Notes: a model not told the origin generated them from the sequence alone. A stretch of 54,349 nucleotides of DNA from Nanobdellota archaeon (GCA_023131705.1 JAGLZG010000182.1:1-54349), one strand, 5' to 3'; counted from the first letter of the stretch, positions 24,712-32,930 are shown. Translations and numbers: made by a program.

Positions 24712-25259
24712 GTCTTCTTATTCCTGAAAAAGTTTGTATTGTCGGGGCAGGTGGCACAGGGGTTTGGACCTCTATTCTGCTTGCCCAAGTTGGAGTTAAG
24801 GAACTTATTATCTTTGATGACGACACGATTGAGGAACATAATAGAAATAGACTTCCTTTCAGGAAAGAAGATGTCGGAAAGAAGAAAGTGGTGATTTTAA
24901 AAAACCTCATAACAACTACCTATGAAGAGTGTGTAGTATTCGCCTTTGACATTAAGTTTTCTGCAGACTTCGTGATTGAAAAACCTGAATATGTAATAGA
25001 TTGCACAGATGACTTCAAATCCCAGATGAACATAGTCAAGTGGGCTAAGGAAAACAGCGTCTACTACATAAGAGCGGGTTCAAAGGAAAATCACATAACT
25101 GTAACAGACTTTGTCACAGGTTGGGACTCTGATTATGAGGAAGAAGATGGTAAGTGCGGGGTAACTATTTCCCAATGGATAGTGCCTCAAGTGATAGTCG
25201 CCTCATCTGTCGTGAGGTGGATTTGTCTTGGAAAGAAAATTAAAATAGAGGAGATTTAG
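24684..25259 (+). CDS. minimal ThiF/MoeB-type E1-like adenylation domain protein
   Basis: The motifs are IVGAGGTGVWTS (GxGxxG), FDDDTIEEHNRNRL and VIDCTDDF. It has a GTG start after AAGGAGG and is only 191 aa. Confidence 0.8.
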   Translation: MDRKRQDDLGLLIPEKVCIVGAGGTGVWTSILLAQVGVKELIIFDDDTIEEHNRNRLPFRKEDVGKKKVVILKNLITTTYEECVVFAFDIKFSADFVIEKPEYVIDCTDDFKSQMNIVKWAKENSVYYIRAGSKENHITVTDFVTGWDSDYEEEDGKCGVTISQWIVPQVIVASSVVRWICLGKKIKIEEI

Positions 25260-25260
25260 A

Positions 25261-25881
25261 ATGGCAAAGAAAAAAGCTAAGAAATTTTACAAGTGGTGGG
25301 AAGATGAGAAAGAAGAATATTGGGACTCAGGACTGGAAGCCCCGATTGAAAGTTGTAGTCTTGTGAAATGCCCTATAATTTACCTCCTACCTGAGGTTGT
25401 GGGACAAATTCAGTTTATGATGAAAAAGTATCCTAAAACTGAATGGGCGGCAGATTTACTTGGAGAGAAAGTAGACAATGACTTCTACATAACAGGTATT
25501 TCTGTTTTTAAACAGACTGTAACCAGCGTGACAGTTAAAAGAGAAGAGCCGTCTTGTAAAGGGGCAATAGGAGTTACCCATTCTCATCACACTATGGGAA
25601 ATAACTTCAGTGGGACTGATGATGACTACCCTAATAGTAACCATGACTTAAGTGGCGTTATCTCAATTTCTGATGATGGAGAAAACCTAATAGGATTAGA
25701 CATTAAGTTCACTGTTCGAGTAGAGACTCCTTGTGGAAAGAAAGTGAGATTTGATGAAGTGCCTGTTAGGGTTCTTTTTTCTCTTCAAGAAATTAACCTC
25801 AAAGGTAAGATTACAGAAGAGAAACAAATCATGCCTCAGGCTGGTTATTATATGTCTGCAGGTTTAACAAACTATCTTTAA
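25261..25881 (+). CDS. JAB/MPN (JAMM) metalloprotease
   Basis: The JAMM motif is intact: upstream Glu (TEWAADLLGE) and HSHHTMGNNFSGTD = HxHx7SxxD. Confidence 0.8.
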   Translation: MAKKKAKKFYKWWEDEKEEYWDSGLEAPIESCSLVKCPIIYLLPEVVGQIQFMMKKYPKTEWAADLLGEKVDNDFYITGISVFKQTVTSVTVKREEPSCKGAIGVTHSHHTMGNNFSGTDDDYPNSNHDLSGVISISDDGENLIGLDIKFTVRVETPCGKKVRFDEVPVRVLFSLQEINLKGKITEEKQIMPQAGYYMSAGLTNYL

Positions 25882-25895
25882 AAAAAGGAGGAGAA

Positions 25896-26483
25896 ATGAT
25901 ATTTTATAGTGAAGGTAAAGATAGAGACATCTCAAAACATACAGAAAGATATCTTAAATGGTTGCTATTAGACTTAAAATCTGATAGGATTAAAATTGAG
26001 AAAGTCGGAATAGGTAATCATTTTCTTGAAGATACTTCAATAAATGGATTTGGAAGGATACCCAGAGGCAGGAAAACACTTACAGTTACTTATTCCATGA
26101 AGGATTTATTGTCTAAAAAGAAAGAGCAAAAAGTAATGGAGAATGGTAAAGCTGTTTTTTATCTACGAGGGTTTGGTAGAGGATATAAAGAATATTATGA
26201 ATTAAAAGGTTGGAAAAATGTGAAAAATCAGCCTCAATTACCATTCTCTTATAAAGAAAAAGCTCCTTATTTTTATGAACTTAGAGAGTGTAAAGACAAG
26301 AAAGAAATATATCTTGTTACAGGTAAAGACGAATGTATTGTATGGTATCTAAGAGAAGGTCAAATTATTTCTAAAGACCTCTGGGATAAAAAGTTTTTCC
26401 CTGCATTTGAAGAAGCAGGAGCAAAACTTCATGATATTCTACAAGAAAAGAAGTGGTCTGGTGAAATAGAAGTTAGGATATAA
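25896..26483 (+). CDS. WSG-tail paralog 2 (N-terminal extension + paralog domain)
   Basis: 195 aa ending ...PAFEEAGAKLHDILQEKKWSGEIEVRI, with an AAGGAGG RBS 14 nt after the JAB stop. Confidence 0.65.
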   Translation: MIFYSEGKDRDISKHTERYLKWLLLDLKSDRIKIEKVGIGNHFLEDTSINGFGRIPRGRKTLTVTYSMKDLLSKKKEQKVMENGKAVFYLRGFGRGYKEYYELKGWKNVKNQPQLPFSYKEKAPYFYELRECKDKKEIYLVTGKDECIVWYLREGQIISKDLWDKKFFPAFEEAGAKLHDILQEKKWSGEIEVRI

Positions 26484-26516
26484 TAAAAAAGAAAAACAAA
26501 ACAGAGGAGGTATGAA

Positions 26517-26780
26517 ATGGGATTAGAAGTAACAAAATGTTGGACATTCTATGAAGGAAATTCATCTTTGTGCTACAACCCCGAGTTCGATAGAATAGAT
26601 GAAGATGACATAAATGAATATAGAAAAACCCACAAATTTCCTATTGACCTGCACTATTCCTTTGAAGATATGTTTAACGACTTAACAATGTCATCTGGTT
26701 GTTATGTTCTACCTATTGAAGTGAAAGAAGAAACTGTCCGATATGTAAAAAAGTTGATAACAGACCTATTAGGATGGTGA
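26517..26780 (+). CDS. hypothetical protein
   Basis: 87 aa with a GAGGAGG RBS. Confidence 0.55.
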   Translation: MGLEVTKCWTFYEGNSSLCYNPEFDRIDEDDINEYRKTHKFPIDLHYSFEDMFNDLTMSSGCYVLPIEVKEETVRYVKKLITDLLGW

Positions 26781-26784
26781 AAGA

Positions 26785-27120
26785 ATGCGACTTTTCAACC
26801 CCTTCTTAGATGAAACCCTTGAAGTAACTTGGGAAGAAACAGGAGGGGTTTATGAGATGGAGGCTGTTAAAAAATATGGTCTCTACGTTATTGGAACAAG
26901 AGACTACACTTATGGCTACCTTCTTAAAAGCGGGCAGTTAGTCGAGGAAGGTGGTCATTTTCTTGTCGTGTTAGATGATGTTAGGAATTACCCTACTTAC
27001 AAATTTGGGGAATTTTCTTTTGTCGGGGAAGTTGAAGATGATGAAGAAGAAGTTAAATCTAAAGAAGAGGAAAAGAAGGAGAGTTCTTTTTGGGACTCTT
27101 CTTTTTTGAAGGGTGTTTAG
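26785..27120 (+). CDS. hypothetical protein with acidic C-terminus
   Basis: 111 aa. Confidence 0.55.
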   Translation: MRLFNPFLDETLEVTWEETGGVYEMEAVKKYGLYVIGTRDYTYGYLLKSGQLVEEGGHFLVVLDDVRNYPTYKFGEFSFVGEVEDDEEEVKSKEEEKKESSFWDSSFLKGV

Positions 27121-27151
27121 ATATGAATAAAGAAGAAATGGAGGTTGATTT

Positions 27152-27736
27152 ATGAATCATGAAGTGAATGAAGAAGTAAGAGTTAAATCGTTAAAAGAGT
27201 TATGGGCATTATCTTGTGAGAAGGGTATTATAAGAATGCCTTCAGGGTGTGTTTTTGTAGAAGACATGAAAAAGTTCTGTGGTAAAATTGTTACAATAGC
27301 AACTAAAAATGAGAGTGGAATTTATAAAAACAGGTATAAGGTTAAAGAAGACAAAGATAATTGGAGCTGGTCAGATGAAATGCTTGAGAGACTTCCTAAG
27401 AAATCATTTATAAAGCAAGCCATTTTCCACTTAAAGAAGGTGATTGTGAGTGATAAAGAATATTACAGCCTTATGGAGTGGGAGAATGTGCAAAAGCTTG
27501 ATGACTTACCAAAGGAATATTTAATTAGGCGTCCATGCTTTTCAAGGAATAGTGCAGGCAAACCTCATGTAACACTCATAACCAAACATACCACAGTGTA
27601 TCTTGTTATAGGAAGACGTTACACAAAATCTACAATGGAAAAAATTATCATCCCCGCACTTAAGGAAGCAGGGAAACGGTTGAGTTTGATTTTGAAGAAG
27701 AAAAAGTGGAGTGGAAAAGTTGAAGTCAAGATATAA
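27152..27736 (+). CDS. WSG-tail paralog 3 (N-terminal extension + paralog domain)
   Basis: 194 aa ending ...PALKEAGKRLSLILKKKKWSGKVEVKI. Confidence 0.65.
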   Translation: MNHEVNEEVRVKSLKELWALSCEKGIIRMPSGCVFVEDMKKFCGKIVTIATKNESGIYKNRYKVKEDKDNWSWSDEMLERLPKKSFIKQAIFHLKKVIVSDKEYYSLMEWENVQKLDDLPKEYLIRRPCFSRNSAGKPHVTLITKHTTVYLVIGRRYTKSTMEKIIIPALKEAGKRLSLILKKKKWSGKVEVKI

Positions 27737-27747
27737 GGAGGTTTTAG

Positions 27748-27909
27748 ATGAGAGATTATTGCATTGAAAATGATTTACCAAGACAACAAGAAATGGCATA
27801 TATAATAAAGGAACAAAGAAGAAAGAAGATAGCAAGTATTGTAGAACGGTTTAAAGATTTTTTAGAAAAGGAACTTTCTATAAAAGAGTTTGAAAAGCTT
27901 TTAAAATAA
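27748..27909 (+). CDS. 53-aa hypothetical protein (not in the ORF track)
   Basis: AAGGAGG RBS; it fills the gap between the flanking genes. Confidence 0.5.
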   Translation: MRDYCIENDLPRQQEMAYIIKEQRRKKIASIVERFKDFLEKELSIKEFEKLLK

Positions 27910-27919
27910 GGGAGGAAAT

Positions 27920-28693
27920 ATGAAATACAAAGAACCTGTCGGTAATGAAGAGTGTGAATTCAAACTAATTCCTATCAACCAGCTTAAAACATCTCCTTTC
28001 CAAAGGGAGATAAGTAAAGCCCTTGTGAAAAACCTATCACAATCCATGATAAGGGGTTTTATAGGTGTTATAACTGTCTATCAAGAAAGTGAAGATAGTT
28101 ATGTAGTTTTAGATGGTCAACACAGACTTGAAAGTGTTAAACCCATGCTACCCCCTGAGGCGGAACTTCCAACTATTGTCGTGCCGAAAAAATATATGTT
28201 CCAGCCCCTCATCTACAACATCGAGAAAGCAGACAATACAAAAGACCTTTGTCTGAAACTTTTTAAGGAGTATGAATGGTTTGTGCAGAATCAAGCGGAA
28301 GCAAAAGAGAGTGATGTGTTCCAAGTAGTAACAATGGGTCGACCCCATCTTTTAAGTCTCGCTTATAGTTTCGGGGTTTGTGGTCTAATCTCACCCTCCT
28401 TAGTAGACATGATTACTAAAAAGCTGGACTCTTTCCTAACAACTCCCGTTTTTGAAGCACGGGAAGTAAGAATTAAAAGAGGGCAACTTCTTAAGGAGCT
28501 GGAAGAAAAAGCAGATGCAATATGTGCTGGATATGATGTAAAGGATTTTAATTTAAAGAAGTCAGTTATATCAAGAACTTCAACTAAACTTTGGGGTAGA
28601 GTTAGGTCGCTTGACATGAGTTTTGAAGAAGGGATATCTATGTTGATGAATGAACTCGATGAGAGTGATTTCAGTTGGCTTGAGAGGACTTGA
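27920..28693 (+). CDS. ParB/Srx-fold protein with a DGQHR motif (DndB-like)
   Basis: IPINQLKTSPFQREIS...VVLDGQHRLESV. Confidence 0.6.
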   Translation: MKYKEPVGNEECEFKLIPINQLKTSPFQREISKALVKNLSQSMIRGFIGVITVYQESEDSYVVLDGQHRLESVKPMLPPEAELPTIVVPKKYMFQPLIYNIEKADNTKDLCLKLFKEYEWFVQNQAEAKESDVFQVVTMGRPHLLSLAYSFGVCGLISPSLVDMITKKLDSFLTTPVFEAREVRIKRGQLLKELEEKADAICAGYDVKDFNLKKSVISRTSTKLWGRVRSLDMSFEEGISMLMNELDESDFSWLERT

Positions 28694-28739
28694 GGAGGAG
28701 GTGATAGATGCAGATATTTAGAAGAAAAAGGGGAATAAA

Positions 28740-29177
28740 ATGAAATACGAAAAGTTAAAGTATGCACAAGACTTAATTAAAACGAATAATCCAAGTATTA
28801 CTTGTAGTTTTAATAAGTTCATATTGGGATATGATAGCCCAGAACCTAAAGGTATGCAAGGCTATGAATGTGCAAAGAGAATGGCTGAAAATGGCGAAAT
28901 TGCATTTACACATAAATTCAGATGTAAGTGTGGCGGCTATCCCTTTCTTTATGGAGGTTTTTGGGTTTGTAATCGTTGTGGAAGAAAAAATGTAGATGAG
29001 GATTGGTGGAAAATTAAAGTTGAAAAAGATGGCAATGAGTTTTGTTGTCACGGATTAGATTTTGTTGATATTATGGAATCTGATAATTATGCTTTCGGTA
29101 AAACATTTAATGAGGCTATTGACAATTATGGTGAGTTGATGGCTGAAAAGAGGAGGATTAAAGATGAGGAGAGATGA
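28740..29177 (+). CDS. Cys-rich (zinc-ribbon) hypothetical protein
   Basis: 145 aa with CKCGG...CNRCG. Confidence 0.55.
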   Translation: MKYEKLKYAQDLIKTNNPSITCSFNKFILGYDSPEPKGMQGYECAKRMAENGEIAFTHKFRCKCGGYPFLYGGFWVCNRCGRKNVDEDWWKIKVEKDGNEFCCHGLDFVDIMESDNYAFGKTFNEAIDNYGELMAEKRRIKDEER

Positions 29178-29352
29178 TAAACAAAAAGAAGAACAGAAAA
29201 TAGATAAATCCTCAACTTGGAAAAGTTGTAAAGAAATATTGAAAAGGCGAGAGGTATCTAATGATACAATAAAGATTTTAAAGGATTCGTTTAATTTAGA
29301 ATTGGAAAGAAGTTATAGAAATGGTTACGAAGATGGGTTAAAGAAGAAGTAA
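29164..29352 (+). CDS. hypothetical protein
   Basis: 62 aa with a GAGGAGG RBS. Confidence 0.5.
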   Translation: MRRDDKQKEEQKIDKSSTWKSCKEILKRREVSNDTIKILKDSFNLELERSYRNGYEDGLKKK

Positions 29353-29421
29353 TATAAAATAAGGTTCTTTATGGTAGACAGCTAAAACTGTCTATCCTAA
29401 AAAATCTTAGGAGGTTTTGGG

Positions 29422-29583
29422 ATGAACTTAAAGGAAAAATGGCAACAAAGGTCTAATGAGTTGGCTATCCAAGAGTATGGTAAGGAATTTAAAAATCTGC
29501 CAAAAGACATTCAACTCATTGTCCTTAGTGAAGGTAAAAGGTTGGTTTATGAAAGAGAATTAGCAGATTATAAAGGGAAGTGA
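29422..29583 (+). CDS. 53-aa hypothetical protein (not in the ORF track)
   Basis: AGGAGG RBS. Confidence 0.45.
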   Translation: MNLKEKWQQRSNELAIQEYGKEFKNLPKDIQLIVLSEGKRLVYERELADYKGK

Positions 29584-29585
29584 AG

Positions 29586-29741
29586 ATGAAAGAGGTTATA
29601 GAAAAAATAAAAGTAATAGTCGAGAGTGAGCTCGGTGAATGGGTTTCAGCAGACCTATTACACATGCCTCTTCAACTTCAAGTGTGGAGGAAAATTCAGA
29701 ATTTAATCAAAGACTATGAAGATAGTCTTAAAAGGAGGTAA
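29586..29741 (+). CDS. 51-aa hypothetical protein (not in the ORF track)
   Basis: It follows the previous stop by 2 nt and fills the gap to 29745. Confidence 0.4.
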   Translation: MKEVIEKIKVIVESELGEWVSADLLHMPLQLQVWRKIQNLIKDYEDSLKRR

Positions 29742-29744
29742 CGA

Positions 29745-29942
29745 ATGACTACTGAAGAAAAAGAAACCATTAACAAAATAAACCAAATGAAACATTTAGA
29801 TATGGCATCAATGTGGAGATTTAACGAAGGCTATCATCCATATTTCGATAATACAAAGCCCTTTGCGAAAGTGTTTGAGGATAGGTTATTTAATCATTTT
29901 GGAGGATTTACTCCAGAAATTTCTAAAAAAATAGGGTGGTAA
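29745..29942 (+). CDS. hypothetical protein
   Basis: 65 aa with an AAGGAGG RBS. Confidence 0.55.
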   Translation: MTTEEKETINKINQMKHLDMASMWRFNEGYHPYFDNTKPFAKVFEDRLFNHFGGFTPEISKKIGW

Positions 29943-29955
29943 AAAAGGAGGAAAC

Positions 29956-30339
29956 ATGTGTCTTTATAGTAAAGCAAACATAACCCTTCCTAACAAACCA
30001 AAGTGGAAGGTAGGAGTTAAGTTAAAAGGGAAAATTTATCCTTTCTTCAGAAGATGTTTTTCAAAACCCTTTGAATTAAATAAATGGATAAATGAAAAAG
30101 ATTATAGACATAATGATGGCAGGAATTCTATTGCTTGTGAATATGGTAGAGGTGTCGGGTCATATTCTTGTGGATTTCATTGTTTTGTCTATAAAAAAGA
30201 TGCAATAAGACTTCGTGAAGAGGAAGGAGAAGGCACACTTTTAAAAGTCTATTGTCGGAAAATTGTAACAACTGGATATGGATTTGGTAAAGCAGAAACA
30301 ATTGTGGCTAAACAAATTTTTTTGGTGGAGGAAAAATGA
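29956..30339 (+). CDS. hypothetical protein
   Basis: 127 aa with an AAGGAGG RBS. Confidence 0.55.
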   Translation: MCLYSKANITLPNKPKWKVGVKLKGKIYPFFRRCFSKPFELNKWINEKDYRHNDGRNSIACEYGRGVGSYSCGFHCFVYKKDAIRLREEEGEGTLLKVYCRKIVTTGYGFGKAETIVAKQIFLVEEK

Positions 30340-30557
30340 GAATGTTTGTGGAGGTTTCATTTTTTAAAGAAATAGGGGAGAATGTATTACAAGAGATGGC
30401 AGAGGAAGCAATAAACTTCTGCAAGAAATGTGGAGTTGGCGTTCAGTTCACTTGGAATAGATGTGAGCTTTATGCAACTCCACATGACACTGTTAAGAGT
30501 ATTATGGAAAAATATAATGTTAGAAGAAAATTACAAGAACGAAAAATAAGGAGGTAG
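30336..30557 (+). CDS. hypothetical protein
   Basis: 73 aa with an ATGA overlap. Confidence 0.55.
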   Translation: MRMFVEVSFFKEIGENVLQEMAEEAINFCKKCGVGVQFTWNRCELYATPHDTVKSIMEKYNVRRKLQERKIRR

Positions 30558-30561
30558 AAAA

Positions 30562-30708
30562 ATGATAGAAGAAAAAGATGAAGAAGACCTAAGTTTTTGG
30601 GACAAAGTAAACATAGACCACATGGTAGATAGTGCTATTGAAAAAGACCAAGAAAGGCGACTAAATAAAGAGGAGGAATTAAAGGATGAAACAAACAACA
30701 GTAGCTAA
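30562..30708 (+). CDS. 48-aa acidic hypothetical protein (not in the ORF track)
   Basis: AGGAGG RBS. It overlaps the next gene by 23 nt. Confidence 0.35.
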   Translation: MIEEKDEEDLSFWDKVNIDHMVDSAIEKDQERRLNKEEELKDETNNSS

Positions 30709-30898
30709 GAAATTAGCTCAAAGGAGAAACTTCAATAAATTACAAGTGTCGAGAATGGCAGGTGTTTGTAAACATACCATAGATAATGAAAAGGATGTGT
30801 TGTCTTCTGGTGAGATTTACAGGTTTTGTGTAATCCTTAAGGAACTTAAAGGGCTTTTAAGAGACTGGAAAAGCACAGTTTCGGAGGTGATAAGATGA
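30686..30898 (+). CDS. small HTH DNA-binding protein candidate
   Basis: The segment LQVSRMAGVCKHTIDN is helix-turn-helix-like. Confidence 0.4.
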   Translation: MKQTTVAKKLAQRRNFNKLQVSRMAGVCKHTIDNEKDVLSSGEIYRFCVILKELKGLLRDWKSTVSEVIR

Positions 30899-31083
30899 AA
30901 GAAAATAACGCAAGCTATTTAGCAGATTTAGCTATGAAAGAGTGGATAAATTTACCAAAAGACATCCAAGAAACATTAATGTCTCAACAAGAAAAAGACA
31001 GAAAACATACAGAACAAAATAAGACTATATTATTTTGTCTTACATTTTTTATTGTCGGGTTTGTTCTTGGGTTAATATTTTAA
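30895..31083 (+). CDS. small protein with C-terminal TM helix
   Basis: 62 aa with the TM segment ILFCLTFFIVGFVLGLIF. Confidence 0.5.
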   Translation: MKENNASYLADLAMKEWINLPKDIQETLMSQQEKDRKHTEQNKTILFCLTFFIVGFVLGLIF

Positions 31084-31100
31084 AAGGAGGAATAAAAATA

Positions 31101-31424
31101 ATGAACTTATTAATTGAAACTTTACAGATTTTGGAGAAGAATGGAAAGACTGAAAAAGATGTTAAGTGGATAGGGAATAATAATTTTCACATAAATTTCC
31201 TAACTTTCAAAAAATTTGCTAATGAAGATTATGATAATGGCTATGGAAGAGTTGAAGTAACACAGAGTTTAGTAGTTGTAGGAGATGATTGGTGGTTGGA
31301 AAGATACACATATGATGGTGCTGAACAATGGACGTTTAAAACTTATCCAAATAAACAACGAATGAAAAAGAAGACCAGAGAAGCATTAAATGCAAATATG
31401 TTGTTTATGGGAGAGGAGTATTAA
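31101..31424 (+). CDS. hypothetical protein
   Basis: 107 aa from the RBS-supported ATG at 31101. Confidence 0.55.
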   Translation: MNLLIETLQILEKNGKTEKDVKWIGNNNFHINFLTFKKFANEDYDNGYGRVEVTQSLVVVGDDWWLERYTYDGAEQWTFKTYPNKQRMKKKTREALNANMLFMGEEY

Positions 31425-31440
31425 GTTTATTTTGAAACAA

Positions 31441-31464
31441 GTAAGTTTCACAAGGAAACCCACT
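31441..31464. repeat. hairpin-family copy GTAAGTTTC-acaag-GAAACCCACT
   Basis: Its arms are the same as the copy at 18014. It lies just upstream of the sigma factor gene. Confidence 0.5.
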
Positions 31465-31490
31465 CAATAGAAAGGGAGGTTTTAAGAAAA

Positions 31491-32021
31491 ATGGAAGGAA
31501 TGGAACAAATTATAAAAGAAGGTGAATATGAAGAGGCTTTTAGAAAAGGGGCATCTTATGCAATTGGCGTTGGAAGAAAATTCCACATAAGGGGAATGGA
31601 TAGGGACGACATAGACAATGAAGCCCTCTACAGCCTCTGGTTAGCAATCACTTCTTATGATGGAGCTCTTAAAGTAGCTTTCAAAACCTACCTAGGAAAC
31701 TGCCTATCCAACAACTTAATGAAATTATTAGACCATTCAAAGCGGCAAAAAAGGGATGAGGAGAGTATAAGTATAAATGACTTAGCAACTATACTTTCTT
31801 CCTACCACACCTTTAATTTGGATGATAAGATAGATTTACACCATTATTTACCTAGAATCATATCTTATAGACTTATTCCCCTGTTCAAAGAATATCTAAA
31901 AAGCGGCTCTTTTCGGGATGCGGGCACTACTTTAGGTTACACTTGGAATGAGACCCGTTATTTAAGACGTTGTATTTTAGACACTCTCAAAAATGTGTGG
32001 CTAAATGATGGAGAAAAATAA
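31491..32021 (+). CDS. phage sigma-70-family (ECF-sized) sigma factor
   Basis: 176 aa. It has a region-2-like segment DDIDNEALYSLWLAITSYDG...FKTYLGNCLSNNLM and a C-terminal region-4-like HTH FRDAGTTLGYTWNETRYLRR. Confidence 0.65.
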   Translation: MEGMEQIIKEGEYEEAFRKGASYAIGVGRKFHIRGMDRDDIDNEALYSLWLAITSYDGALKVAFKTYLGNCLSNNLMKLLDHSKRQKRDEESISINDLATILSSYHTFNLDDKIDLHHYLPRIISYRLIPLFKEYLKSGSFRDAGTTLGYTWNETRYLRRCILDTLKNVWLNDGEK

Positions 32022-32044
32022 ACTATTGTATTCTTTTGGATTGT

Positions 32045-32073
32045 TTGCATTTTTACCAAAAATCGGGTATAAT
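32045..32073 (+). promoter_or_regulatory. sigma70-type promoter TTGCAT-N17-TATAAT (replication module)
   Basis: TTGCATttttaccaaaaatcgggTATAAT is a near-twin of the promoter at 17620..17648. Confidence 0.7.
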
Positions 32074-32119
32074 TAAATTGTCATCGGAATTATAAAAATT
32101 TTTATTTTTAGGAGGATAT

Positions 32120-32518
32120 ATGAAGAAACAGAACACATCGGTAAGGACAAAGACGGGTGAAAGTTGGGAATACACTGGAGTGCTTCCTGACTCTTGTGAA
32201 GAGGCGGTATCAACTTATGGTGAAACAGGAACTCTATTCCTAATCCAGACTGCCCTCGTGGTAAAACAGCAAGGTATTGCAAGAGAAGGTTTTAGAAAGG
32301 AAATGTCGAGAGAAGATGTCGATGCTGCTGTCGAACTCTACAAACCAGGTAGTAAGAGAGGCGGAGGCGGCGGAGCTAAGAAACAGGTCTTTGAAAGAAT
32401 CTTGGGAGACAAGGGTCTTATCTCAGCTAACCCCGAAGTAAAAGATGCTATTAGAGAGTGCATCCAGAAGGGTGATTGGAAGGGTGCTTTAGAAGCCCTC
32501 GATTCTTTGGAGAGGTAG
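32120..32518 (+). CDS. hypothetical protein with a poly-Gly linker
   Basis: 132 aa with an AGGAGG RBS. Confidence 0.6.
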   Translation: MKKQNTSVRTKTGESWEYTGVLPDSCEEAVSTYGETGTLFLIQTALVVKQQGIAREGFRKEMSREDVDAAVELYKPGSKRGGGGGAKKQVFERILGDKGLISANPEVKDAIRECIQKGDWKGALEALDSLER

Positions 32519-32519
32519 A

Positions 32520-32549
32520 GGGAGGGCAATCGCCCTCTCCCCCCTTTTT
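32520..32549 (+). terminator. candidate intrinsic terminator/attenuator
   Basis: GGAGGGC-aatc-GCCCTCTC stem, then CCCCTTTTT. Confidence 0.4.
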
Positions 32550-32551
32550 AA

Positions 32552-32731
32552 ATGAAGAAAAAAAATATTCACATAAAAATAAGTGAGAACTCTTATTTTA
32601 AGGCAAAAGAAGTGTTCCCTCTCTATGGGGAAATAACTTTTGCTATCTCAAAACTATTAGAATGGATAATAGAAAATCCCGAAAAAGCAAGGAACTTTGT
32701 TTATAGGAGGAAAGAGAACGATGAAATTTGA
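32552..32731 (+). CDS. 59-aa RHH-like protein candidate (not in the ORF track)
   Basis: NIHIKISENSYFKAKEVF...ITFAISKLLEWII fits a beta-alpha-alpha pattern. Confidence 0.4.
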   Translation: MKKKNIHIKISENSYFKAKEVFPLYGEITFAISKLLEWIIENPEKARNFVYRRKENDEI

Positions 32732-32930
32732 AGAATTTTTAAGTAAACCTATAGACCTGATGTCGGATGAAGAAATAGCCGAACTTGTCAGTAAGTTGAG
32801 TGTCCCAGAAATAGCCCGCCTTGAAAAAGCTATTTTCAACAAGATGGGAAGAAAGCAAAGACCTTCAAAGAAGGTTAAAGAAGATGTTGACCTTTTTGAC
32901 AAGATTGTAGGCGTAGATGTATCTAAGTAA
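32721..32930 (+). CDS. hypothetical protein
   Basis: 69 aa from the ATG at 32721 with an AGGAGG RBS. Confidence 0.5.
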   Translation: MKFEEFLSKPIDLMSDEEIAELVSKLSVPEIARLEKAIFNKMGRKQRPSKKVKEDVDLFDKIVGVDVSK

